Shown: in pieces, positions 16,969 to 25,682 of the stretch
Layout: each line of letters opens with the position of its first letter
Position numbering within the stretch: the stretch's first letter is position 1
NCBI GenBank assembly: GCA_937859535.1
Contig: CALLYL010000404.1
Location: 1-43,432, forward strand
Source of the DNA: an uncultured Myxococcales bacterium
GTDB lineage: Bacteria > Myxococcota_A > Polyangia > Palsa-1104 > JAEUJZ01
Reading direction: 5' to 3'
Length of the DNA: 43,432 nucleotides
Program-made: the position numbers and the translations under genes
Notes under the pieces: generated by a model
Seen by the model: only the letters and a program-made list of their open reading frames with translations
Databases searched by the model: none
Told to the model about the DNA's origin: nothing

Positions 16969-19220
16969 GGCTTCAGAAACTCATCGACAGAGACACTTCC
17001 AAGGCGACCGGCAGCTCCGGCATTATACAAGGAGACATGCGAACCAGCGATGCGAAGATAGACCTCGGTATAGAGTGAGGACAGCATGGGAACCGGTGAC
17101 TTGCTCATCAGGTTCACCACCTGATTCGAGAACGCATCATTGACCCACGAGCCCACCTCGGCATCGTAGGCCCCTGCGTAGGACACCTCTCGACTGTGCG
17201 CGGCACTGAGGAGAACCGTTCCGGCCAGCGGTGTCATCGCTCCGCTCGCCCCGCAGCCTAGCTCGATACCGCCATAGGAAGCGTCCCCGAACGCTCCACC
17301 GTAGCAGCTCTCGACAACGACCAGCGCCCGACGCAGACGGCCTTCGGTTTGCAGCACACACAGAGCTTCGCGAAGATGTTTCGGAGAAAACGTCGAGCCA
17401 CTCGCCTTGAGTCCCTCCGCTGGAGAGCTGGCTGCAATCGGGATTCCTTGGTTGCCACCATGGCCCACCAGATAGATGTACAGGTTGCTCGCCGATGTAG
17501 TACGGATGACTTGTGGAGTGCGATCTGAAACCTGCCCGGTGATGATGCTGGTCAGATCGGTCGGGTTCACCAGCAGGTTATAGTCACGCACCACCCCACG
17601 ATAGAGATTCGGCCCACCGGGTTCGTTCCGCACCGTGCCTGCCAAGGGATTGCGGATTGAAGTGGCCAGATCATCCGCCATGATGAGCACGATGTGATCG
17701 TCTTCAAAGCCCTGGGCCCGCAGGAGCTGATACTGACGGAGCGCATCGGCTTGATGCCGGTAGTTGCTCCATCCTGAAGACAACGCGGCAATCACCGCCC
17801 AGGAGTCTCCCTTATCCACCTTGGGAGTCCAGGCGCTGCCACCGAGATCGCTTTGGAACGCTCGATTGGGAGGCACAAACACTCCGCTGCTGCTCAGAAA
17901 AGCCGGATCTCCGGTGAAGTAGCGGCGGTCTGTTTGCGGTCCCTGCGGAGTCATTCGCCAGTGTGTCAGCGTTGATGATGACAGATCCACATAGAGTCCC
18001 GGTTCGAACTGAAGCGGCCCCGTTGCACCCGGAATTCGCGGTCGGTGCCCCTGTGCAAGCAAAGACAGTGCGCTCGCAATTCCTGCTTGATCCCAACCAC
18101 TCACCCCATCCTCTCGACCATCCACCACTGACTTCAGGGCGTCGACCAGCACCTGTCCTCCTTGCCCTCCCGAAGCGGCCAGTCCGTACGCAAGAAGGAG
18201 TATCGCGTCATACTCATTGGGACCATGCGGAGCAAGGCGCGCACCACCAAAGCGGCTGTGGAAGGCTTGCTCGAACTGCTCCGTCCCCGCGCCGCTGAGT
18301 CCTTCGATTCGCATGGCTTCTGGACCCAACTTGGTCAGGCTATTGGTATCAAGTCCGGTGTCCGCAAGCATCACCCGTGGACCAGGATTTTGCGCCAGCT
18401 TATGAAGGATGCAGTCCTGTTCCTGAGTTGCACCGGCAGCGATGAAAACGATATCTGGAGCACTGCTCACGGCGGACTGCACCGCAAGGTCACACGCCTC
18501 TCCTTTGGCAAAGGCAGAGATCGAAATTGCATCATCTGCGTAGCCCAGCTCTTTGGCGAAAAACCCGAACCAGGAAAAGAAAGTGTATCCGCCGTTATCG
18601 AGGGTGCTGATCAATGCCAGCCGTTTCAATCCCTCCTGTTTGGCCATACGAACCAGCAGCTCTGTCTGCGCGATGTCAGACTGCCTTGTCCGCCAGATCA
18701 CGCCTTTGCCGCCATACGCACGGAGGATCTCAGCAGCCGCAGAAGTCGTCGACACCAGCGGCTTGTTCGCAGCCAGATAGGAGTCCGCCACCGCTGCCAA
18801 CATCTCCGAACCAGGAGGGGCAATTGCCGCAACATAGCGATCATTGGAAGCGACTCCTTGGCTGATCTCGATGATTGCGCTGAGGTCTTTGCCGGTAAAG
18901 TCGAAGTATTCTAGCTTCAGCGGGCGACCGGCCACTCCTCCTGCCGCGTTCACCAGTTCCGCAGCCCAGTCCATGTTCGGATGTGCGAGTGGAGTCGCTC
19001 CGGCAGACCCCATGCTCATATTCATGCCCGGGGGCGGGTCGGTTGCGCCCATGGTTGAAGGGGCAGCAATTCCCATCAGCACCGCAATGCGCAGCGGCTC
19101 GGTACCCGAACCACAGGCCGAAAGGACACAGGTCATCATGGACCAGGCCAATAGCAAGAAACAGTGTTCGACAATCACTGACAGAGGTCTATTCGCACAG
19201 CGGGTCCAGGTGGCTGACAT
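16965..19220 (-). CDS. Lipoprotein fusing a type-I periplasmic binding protein domain (Leu/Ile/Val-binding / ANF-receptor-like) to a legumain-type (peptidase C13) domain
   Basis: Start at ATG 19220 (GAGGAG 5 nt upstream). Lipobox 'VLSAC'. PBP-like 'LRIAVLMG...AAELVNAAGGVAGRPLKLEYFD'. Legumain motifs 'WAVIAALSSGWSNYRHQAD', 'IVLIMADD', 'LYRGVVRDY', 'YLVGHGG' (His), 'VVVESCYGG' (Cys). Confidence 0.8.
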   Translation of the reverse strand: MSATWTRCANRPLSVIVEHCFLLLAWSMMTCVLSACGSGTEPLRIAVLMGIAAPSTMGATDPPPGMNMSMGSAGATPLAHPNMDWAAELVNAAGGVAGRPLKLEYFDFTGKDLSAIIEISQGVASNDRYVAAIAPPGSEMLAAVADSYLAANKPLVSTTSAAAEILRAYGGKGVIWRTRQSDIAQTELLVRMAKQEGLKRLALISTLDNGGYTFFSWFGFFAKELGYADDAISISAFAKGEACDLAVQSAVSSAPDIVFIAAGATQEQDCILHKLAQNPGPRVMLADTGLDTNSLTKLGPEAMRIEGLSGAGTEQFEQAFHSRFGGARLAPHGPNEYDAILLLAYGLAASGGQGGQVLVDALKSVVDGREDGVSGWDQAGIASALSLLAQGHRPRIPGATGPLQFEPGLYVDLSSSTLTHWRMTPQGPQTDRRYFTGDPAFLSSSGVFVPPNRAFQSDLGGSAWTPKVDKGDSWAVIAALSSGWSNYRHQADALRQYQLLRAQGFEDDHIVLIMADDLATSIRNPLAGTVRNEPGGPNLYRGVVRDYNLLVNPTDLTSIITGQVSDRTPQVIRTTSASNLYIYLVGHGGNQGIPIAASSPAEGLKASGSTFSPKHLREALCVLQTEGRLRRALVVVESCYGGAFGDASYGGIELGCGASGAMTPLAGTVLLSAAHSREVSYAGAYDAEVGSWVNDAFSNQVVNLMSKSPVPMLSSLYTEVYLRIAGSHVSLYNAGAAGRLGSVSVDEFLKP

Positions 19221-19360
19221 GGTGACTCCTCTCACAGCGGACGACCTCTTAGCGTATCGTGAATCGGCAGTACGTAAGACCCCCATCGACACGATTTGGG
19301 CAAGCACAGGCTGGCGCAAAACCCCACGGTGCGCGCCCTGGCTGCTGCTACAGTAGCGGC

Positions 19361-20659
19361 ATGCACAGTTCAAAGGTGGCGGCGGGTGAAACCGCAACGT
19401 CAAGCAAGCCGCTCGCCGGTAAACGCGTCGTTCTCGGTATCTCGGGCGGAATTGCTGCGTACAAAGCCGCCGAGCTAACGCGCCTGCTTCGCCAGGCTGG
19501 CGCAACGGTTCACGTGGTGATGACCCATGCGGCCCAAGCGTTCATTCCACCGCTGACGCTCCAGACCTTATCGGGCAACCCGGTGGCGACAGAGCTGTTT
19601 GATCTGACGCAAGAATCCGAGATTGGTCACATCACGTTGGCCGATTCGGCGGACCTGCTGGTGATCGCACCGGCGACGGCAGACATTCTGGCAAGGCTAT
19701 CACTGGGGCTCGCCAGCGACTTGCTCACCACGGTTGCGCTGGCCTGTCAGGCACCGCTCCTGCTGTGTCCAGCGATGAACGTCAACATGTGGAACAAACC
19801 TCAGGTGCAGCAGCACGTGGCCCAGCTTGTCGCTTGGGGAGCGCACATCGTGGGTCCGGCTTCCGGAGAACTGGCCTGTGGCTGGATCGGTACCGGTCGA
19901 CTGGTCGAACCGACTGAAATCGTTGCGGCTGCCGAATCGGTGTTGGTGGCATCACAGCAGCATCAAGACCTACGTGGTCGCTGGGTAGTCATCACCGCCG
20001 GCCCGACCTACGAGGCGATTGATCCGGTGCGCTTTATCGGCAACCGTTCGTCGGGAAAAATGGGGTTTGCGCTCGCAGCGGATGCGGCGCAGCGGGGTGC
20101 CGAGGTTACTCTGGTCGCCGGTCCGGTCGCGCTGGAGACGCCGCCGGGGGTGCACCGCATCAACGTCGAAAGCGCCAGGGAGATGTCGCAAGCTGTGCTG
20201 CCACTCCTCGATCGAACCCGAGCGCCGGATTGTATTGTGATGGCCGCTGCCGTTGCTGATCACCGACCGAGCGAGGTCGCCCCACGCAAGCGCAAGAAAC
20301 AGGACTTGGGGCCACATCCGACCATCGCGCTCACCGAAAACCCCGACATCCTGCGATCCCTCGGACAGAAGCGGCGCAGCGGCCTGCCTTTGCTGGTCGG
20401 TTTTGCCGCCGAGACGCATGAGGTCGAAGCCTATGCCCGTCGCAAGATCTTGGAAAAAGGCTGTGATGTGATCATCGCCAACAACGTCGCCGAAGACGGT
20501 AGCGGCTTTGGCACCGACACCAACCGGGTCACCATCTTGACCCGACACGCCGGTGATTCCATCGATGTCCTGGCGCTACCGCTGCTCAGCAAGAGTGCGG
20601 TCGCCGACAAAATCTGGAGTCATATCGTCCCGCTGCTCCCGAGTAGTGTTCCCCAGTAA
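19361..20659 (+). CDS. coaBC: Bifunctional phosphopantothenoylcysteine decarboxylase / phosphopantothenate-cysteine ligase
   Basis: 'KRVVLGISGGIAAYKAAELTRLL', 'CPAMNVNMW', 'RFIGNRSSGKMG'. Start at ATG 19361. The longer ORF from 19259 adds an implausible Arg/Pro-rich leader. Confidence 0.9.
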   Translation: MHSSKVAAGETATSSKPLAGKRVVLGISGGIAAYKAAELTRLLRQAGATVHVVMTHAAQAFIPPLTLQTLSGNPVATELFDLTQESEIGHITLADSADLLVIAPATADILARLSLGLASDLLTTVALACQAPLLLCPAMNVNMWNKPQVQQHVAQLVAWGAHIVGPASGELACGWIGTGRLVEPTEIVAAAESVLVASQQHQDLRGRWVVITAGPTYEAIDPVRFIGNRSSGKMGFALAADAAQRGAEVTLVAGPVALETPPGVHRINVESAREMSQAVLPLLDRTRAPDCIVMAAAVADHRPSEVAPRKRKKQDLGPHPTIALTENPDILRSLGQKRRSGLPLLVGFAAETHEVEAYARRKILEKGCDVIIANNVAEDGSGFGTDTNRVTILTRHAGDSIDVLALPLLSKSAVADKIWSHIVPLLPSSVPQ

Positions 20660-20700
20660 GTGAGGGTCCGCGTCTCCCGACACTGCGGTCCGCGCCCCCC

Positions 20701-23262
20701 TTACGCCTTGTCTTCCGAGCTCACCGCCTCCAGCAGCGAAATCTCAGCAGTCGAGTACTGTCGCCACTCACCGAACGGAATCACCACATCGAAGCAGGTC
20801 CGATCTCCGCGTCGCTCCGCCACGATTTCCCAACCGTGGGCACGTACCAGTCGGTGCGTAATCGCGAGCCCCAGCCCAGTGCCTTGGGCTTTGGTCGTAA
20901 ACCACGGCTCGAATATCTTTGCCACCGGGGCCGAAAACCCCGGACCCTCGTCCCACACAACCAGCCGCAGTACACCTTCCGGGTCAATCACAGAGTGGAG
21001 CCCGACGCTGCCATCCGGGGGGCTCGCATCGATCGCGTTCGCCAACAGGTTGAGCAGCACCTGAATCAGCGCATCGGGATCGGCCAGCACCTCGATGCCG
21101 TCCTGCATCTCCATCTTGAGTGAGTGTCGGATCAACCGATCGGCAAGCAGCAGTCGCACGTGATCCGCCACCGAGCGCAGCGATACCGGACGAGGCTGAA
21201 CGGTCCGAGACAGCGCCATCTTGCGCAGTCGATCGGCCATTCGCTCCAGACGCGACACTTCCTCGCGGCCAATATCGAGGTCTTCAGCCCAGTCGGTCTC
21301 ACTCAGTGGCTTGCCTTGATGCAGCGTCCGTTCCTGTCGTTCAACGAGCATGCGGAAGAAGTTGATGGGAAAACGGATCTCGTGGGCAATCTCGGCAGCA
21401 ATCGTCGAGATGGCGCGATCGAGTCGCTCGCGATGAGCACTGTGCTCGGCCCGCCGCAGCTCATCGAGTTCTTCAAGTGCAATGGCGTTCGCGAGCGCCA
21501 ACGCCGCTTGGTGCGCAATCGTCAGCAGCAGCTCTTGATCAAGGCTGGTGAACAGCTTGCCACGCAGCTTTGGGGACACCACCAGCACCCCAATCACCTG
21601 CTCGCGAAACCGAACCGGCACCAGCAGCCAAGCCCACAGCCCCGGGCTGCTCTTGCGAATCGAGCGCTCTGACTCGACAAACACCAAGTTGCCATTGCAC
21701 AGCGCATCGATCTGTTCAGGACGCAGGTTGTCGACGCCAGCCCCGCGTAGCGCCCGCCGAATCGCCCGCTGCGTCAGCCGAAACAAGGTGCGGCCTGACT
21801 CTGCGCCGGTGTCTGCTATGGTCAGGAGCGGCACGTTGGAACTCTGTCCGGGATCTAACGGCGCGCTCGGTGGTCCCTCCGGTCGCGACGATGGACCATT
21901 TTCCATCGCTCCATCTCGATGGCGGACTCGACGAGGTGAGCTAACTGCCACGAGCTTCGCACGCGAACAAGCACAGACCGTCGTCACCGTCTTTTCCACC
22001 GTTTCGATCACCGACAACCGGGTTCTCAGATCGGTAAAACGCACGATCAGCTCATCGACGGTGGTGCGATACAGCGCCTCGGCTGGGAACAGCCGTGCTG
22101 TCAGCCAACTGCCAAAGAAGCCGTGCGCAGGCCCCGCCACGCTGATGACCGTCAGCAGCAGCACGATCTGCACCGGGAGCGGCAGACCAGCCATCAACCG
22201 CCAGACCATCACCGCCCACAGTCCTCCCATGAAGCTGAGGATGGCAATCACCAGCGTTCGCAGCCCCGTGCCAGGAACCACAAGCTCGCTGTCCCACAGG
22301 TCGTGTCGCACCATGGCTACGATCAAACACAGTGCACACAGCAATCCCACCGGCAACGCCAACATGAGCAGAGGAGGTCCACACAACTGTGGCATCCGCA
22401 CCGTCACCGCAAACAGAAGGTGCATCGGCAACACCGCCACCGCCCCGAAAATCGCTTGGGCTCGTCGCCGCTGACGCAGACGAATGACCCGCCAGATGAT
22501 CGCCGCCAGTGCCAGTCCCAAGATGACCGGTGCCGAGTCCTCCACCGCGTGACGACACAACACGGCCCACGGTCCATCGAGCGACAGCGCCCCAACCACC
22601 AGCAGCAGCAAGACACCGTCCATCCCGCGCAGCATCCCGTGCAGCCACGGCCACCTCACCAATATCGGAACGCGAACCGGAAAGAACAGCACAAACTCCA
22701 GCAGCGCGGACTGCATCAGCGCATAGGCCAAAAAGTAGGCCGGCAGGAGACGACGGGACGTGTGAAAATCGCAGATGGTAATGAGAAGCGTCGCGACCAG
22801 TGCAGCCCATCGTGCAAAGGCGCGGGCGGCAATTCCATCGGTTCGCACCACGTAAGCAAGTCCGGCGGTCAGGAGCCAGACCCAACCCAGCAGAAGGCTA
22901 CTCCCAAACAACAACAGAACGGACACAGAGCGCGATCGCACCGTCACTTGCCCAGACCAAGCATCCCCCTTCGGATCTACGCCGGCCACCGCCTGATCCA
23001 GGGTGACAGAAGCCGTTTGCGCGGCCAGTTCACCAGGAGAGGAGGCAGAGGCGAGTACGATCATCGTCCACGCCACGAACACAAAGAATGCAACCCACAT
23101 TGCAGGAAAGGGACTCTCCAAACGGAGTTGGGGAAACCGGCTCCCAGACTGCGTGGCACTCCCCAATGAGCTCGAAAGGGAGTTCGGCAAGGAACCCGAT
23201 AGCGAACTCGAAAGAGAGCCAGACACGGAACGGGGCAACGTGCGAGGCAGCGTGTCAGACAT
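20701..23262 (-). CDS. Sensor histidine kinase: polytopic (~9-10 TM) N-terminal sensor, GAF-like domain, HisKA, HATPase_c
   Basis: H-box 'AAEIAHEIRFPINF'. N-box 'LLNLLANAIDA'. G-boxes 'DEGPGF' and 'GTGLGLAI'. GAF-like 'VIGVLVV...LLLTIAHQAALALANA'. Start uncertain (ATG 23262 or ATG 23100). No response regulator is adjacent. Confidence 0.8.
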   Translation of the reverse strand: MSDTLPRTLPRSVSGSLSSSLSGSLPNSLSSSLGSATQSGSRFPQLRLESPFPAMWVAFFVFVAWTMIVLASASSPGELAAQTASVTLDQAVAGVDPKGDAWSGQVTVRSRSVSVLLLFGSSLLLGWVWLLTAGLAYVVRTDGIAARAFARWAALVATLLITICDFHTSRRLLPAYFLAYALMQSALLEFVLFFPVRVPILVRWPWLHGMLRGMDGVLLLLVVGALSLDGPWAVLCRHAVEDSAPVILGLALAAIIWRVIRLRQRRRAQAIFGAVAVLPMHLLFAVTVRMPQLCGPPLLMLALPVGLLCALCLIVAMVRHDLWDSELVVPGTGLRTLVIAILSFMGGLWAVMVWRLMAGLPLPVQIVLLLTVISVAGPAHGFFGSWLTARLFPAEALYRTTVDELIVRFTDLRTRLSVIETVEKTVTTVCACSRAKLVAVSSPRRVRHRDGAMENGPSSRPEGPPSAPLDPGQSSNVPLLTIADTGAESGRTLFRLTQRAIRRALRGAGVDNLRPEQIDALCNGNLVFVESERSIRKSSPGLWAWLLVPVRFREQVIGVLVVSPKLRGKLFTSLDQELLLTIAHQAALALANAIALEELDELRRAEHSAHRERLDRAISTIAAEIAHEIRFPINFFRMLVERQERTLHQGKPLSETDWAEDLDIGREEVSRLERMADRLRKMALSRTVQPRPVSLRSVADHVRLLLADRLIRHSLKMEMQDGIEVLADPDALIQVLLNLLANAIDASPPDGSVGLHSVIDPEGVLRLVVWDEGPGFSAPVAKIFEPWFTTKAQGTGLGLAITHRLVRAHGWEIVAERRGDRTCFDVVIPFGEWRQYSTAEISLLEAVSSEDKA

Positions 23263-23359
23263 CGCTAAACGTACGAGAGAACAGCGTATCACCGCTCGCT
23301 TGACACAGGCTACGCAAAGTCGATACGCTGCGCAGTCGTTTGAAAATTGATTTGAGCGA

Positions 23360-23515
23360 GCAGGTGTTCGGGAAGCCAGAACCAAGCTGGCGCCGCCCCC
23401 GCGACTGTATCGGACGACGGACCTTGACGGGATAGCCCGTAGGACCACTGGCAAGACCATCTTGCTGGGAAGGTTTCAAGGTTCGAAGGACTCCGAAGCC
23501 AGGAGACCGGCCTGC
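23360..23515 (+). promoter_or_regulatory. Cobalamin (B12) riboswitch, Rfam RF00174 class
   Basis: Conserved blocks read directly: 'GGGAAG-CCAG..CTGG-CGCCGCCCCCGCGACTGTA' (23370-23409); 'CCACTGG-CAAGACCATCTTGC-TGGGAAGG' (23445-23473); B12 box 'GAAGCCAGGAGACCGGCC' (23495-23512). P1 pairs GCAGG 23360-23364 with CCTGC 23511-23515. The block order matches the E. coli btuB leader. It lies 5' of a TonB-receptor gene. Confidence 0.85.
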
Positions 23516-23548
23516 ACGCAGCAAAAACCTTTCGGGAGGAAGGGTCCG

Positions 23549-25642
23549 TTGCGTTCGCGAGCGCTTTGCACACGTCTATCTTTGGTTTCCGGTTGGCTGC
23601 CAGTCTTGGTAGTCGTCTGGCTCGTCGCTTGGCACTCGGTCCATGCGCAGAGCATGGGCACGACGGTCCGCGGGGATGCACTCCTTGGCCAAACGGACAG
23701 CCCGACCTCCGTCACAACGATTGAGGTGGGTCTGCCCGGGCAAGCCAGTGCGCCCAACGCCTATCGCCTTTCGGTGGCAGAGCTGCTCGTCGGTCAGCCT
23801 GGTGTCCAGGTGCGACGGAGCGGCGGTCTGGGGCAATGGAGCGGAGCCAGCTTACGTGGAGCAGCCCCTGGACAAGTAGCGGTCTTTCTGGACGGAGTTC
23901 CGCTATCGCGAGGCAGCCAAGCGGCGGTTGATCTGTCGCTGCTCCCACTCGATGGATTGGAACGAGTCGAGGTCTACCGTGGCGTACCACCACTCGCACT
24001 CGGCAGCGAAACGCTTGGTGGAGCCATCAACCTTGTCACTCGCCGAGGAAAAGGCCCGCAGACTGCATGGGCCAGCCTCGGCAGCGGGTCATTCGGACTC
24101 AAGCGCGTAAGCCTTGGCTATAAGACGCCCTGGCCGAAGGCGATGGTCACGATCGGCTACCAAGGTGCCGACGGAGACTTTCCGTACTACTTCAACGAGG
24201 GACTTCGCTACGAGCACGATCAACTGGCCGAGCTGCGTCGTCGCAACGATGACTTTGCCCAAGTCAGCGCCGATGCTCGGCTGCAAAGCGAAGGAACTTT
24301 TGGTTCAGTATTCCTACATGGCAGCGGGCTGCTACGTCGCCAGGGTGTCGCAGGGATCGGCCAACCATCCTCGCTGCCAGGACAACCCACGCTTCAGACT
24401 GGGCGTGCGCTCTTCGATGGCGGAGCCCGATTGCGTACCCCGTCCCCTCGTATCGCAATCGATTTGGACGGACATCTGCTCGTCGAACGGACTCAGTCCA
24501 AAGACCTAGTGGCCTTACCCGCAACCCTGACCGAACAACTCGTCGAGCAAGCGGGCCTGCGGTCACTGCTGCGGGTGCTTACCGGGCCCGGTGCCGAAAA
24601 TGCCCGGAGCCAGCTACTCGCCATCACCGAGTTCCGCTATGAGCGAATGCAACAGCGCGATCTGTGTCCAGCCCCGCGCCTCGACTGTGATCGATTGACT
24701 GCGGCCAGCAGTGAACGGCTGCGCGGAGCCATGGCACTCGGTGGTGAACTGTACCTCGCGGACCAACGGGTTCTTGTCGAACCGGGATTGCACCTGCTGC
24801 TCGCAAAATCGACCTACGAGAGCCTCGGTGATCGCGGCAATGAGCGTGTTCCACCGACGTTCGATGCCCTGCCGTCACCACGAGCGGCGGCACGAGTGCT
24901 GCTCAAACCATGGCTGCTGCTACGCATGAGCTGTGGTCGATTCGTGCGACTGCCGACCTTTCTGGAACTCTTTGGCGACGGTGCCTTCTTCCGCAAGAGC
25001 CTTGGTCTACGGCCCGAATCGGCCTGGACTGGTGAGCTAGGAATCGAAGCTCACGGCCAACTGTTCTCTCGGCTCAGCACTGCGTTGAGCCTGCACGCGT
25101 TCGGTAGAACCATCGACGACCTGATCGACATCGTCCGCGATGGTCCGACCCTGCGCGCCCGCAACGTCGGCCAGGCTACCACTGCCGGTGTCGAACTAGC
25201 GAGCGCCGCCCATTTCGGTGAGCTGCTCCACGTCGAGTTAAATTATGCGTTCCTCGACAGTCGTGACCGCACCGATCAGCCGGGACGCTCGGGCAACCTG
25301 CTACCCGGTCGACCACAGCACACGGTGTTTCTGCGCAGCGAGGCGGCCTACCGCACCGCGCACCTGTTCTACGAGCTAGACCACGCGAGCGCCGTCTACT
25401 TAGACCCGGCCAACTTGGTCTTGCGTCCGCCCCGAACCCTGCATGCCATCGGGGTCGCGTTGGGGCCACTCGGTCCGCTCAAGTTGTCACTGCGCATCGA
25501 GCTACGCAACCTGCTCGATACGCGCCTGGTCGACGTCACGCTGCCGCTGATGACCCGAGCGGTGCCGGTGCCGCTCACCGACTTTTTTGACTACCCGCTG
25601 CCGGGCCGGGCGCTCTACGCGACGCTGGCAGGACGGCTGTAA
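23549..25642 (+). CDS. btuB: TonB-dependent outer-membrane receptor, BtuB-like (cobalamin/corrinoid uptake inferred from the riboswitch)
   Basis: Plug-domain motifs closely parallel E. coli BtuB: 'QPGVQVRRSGGLGQWSGASLRGAAPGQVAVFLDGVPL' and 'ERVEVYRGVPPLALGSETLGGAINLVTRR'. Start placed at TTG 23549 (GGGAGGA 8 nt upstream; gives signal peptide 'RSRALC...WLVAWHSVHA'), because the ORF's first 29 codons lie inside or just downstream of the riboswitch. Confidence 0.8.
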   Translation: MRSRALCTRLSLVSGWLPVLVVVWLVAWHSVHAQSMGTTVRGDALLGQTDSPTSVTTIEVGLPGQASAPNAYRLSVAELLVGQPGVQVRRSGGLGQWSGASLRGAAPGQVAVFLDGVPLSRGSQAAVDLSLLPLDGLERVEVYRGVPPLALGSETLGGAINLVTRRGKGPQTAWASLGSGSFGLKRVSLGYKTPWPKAMVTIGYQGADGDFPYYFNEGLRYEHDQLAELRRRNDDFAQVSADARLQSEGTFGSVFLHGSGLLRRQGVAGIGQPSSLPGQPTLQTGRALFDGGARLRTPSPRIAIDLDGHLLVERTQSKDLVALPATLTEQLVEQAGLRSLLRVLTGPGAENARSQLLAITEFRYERMQQRDLCPAPRLDCDRLTAASSERLRGAMALGGELYLADQRVLVEPGLHLLLAKSTYESLGDRGNERVPPTFDALPSPRAAARVLLKPWLLLRMSCGRFVRLPTFLELFGDGAFFRKSLGLRPESAWTGELGIEAHGQLFSRLSTALSLHAFGRTIDDLIDIVRDGPTLRARNVGQATTAGVELASAAHFGELLHVELNYAFLDSRDRTDQPGRSGNLLPGRPQHTVFLRSEAAYRTAHLFYELDHASAVYLDPANLVLRPPRTLHAIGVALGPLGPLKLSLRIELRNLLDTRLVDVTLPLMTRAVPVPLTDFFDYPLPGRALYATLAGRL

Positions 25643-25682
25643 CCACTGACGAGGATCACCGTCTTCGTCCCTAGGAGTATTC

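Noticed and set aside
19221-19505. N-terminal extensions of tabulated ORFs: 19221-19505 for the legumain gene, 15341-15574 for the lipoprotein, 19259-19360 for coaBC, 23263-23460 for the kinase, 23462-23548 for the receptor, 3439-3486 for the GT4, 34525-34575 for the Roadblock-like gene, 40185-40307 for the membrane protein
   Set aside because: The extensions are Arg/Cys/Pro-rich, overlap neighbouring genes or the riboswitch, and precede internal starts that have good SDs and/or yield proper signal peptides.
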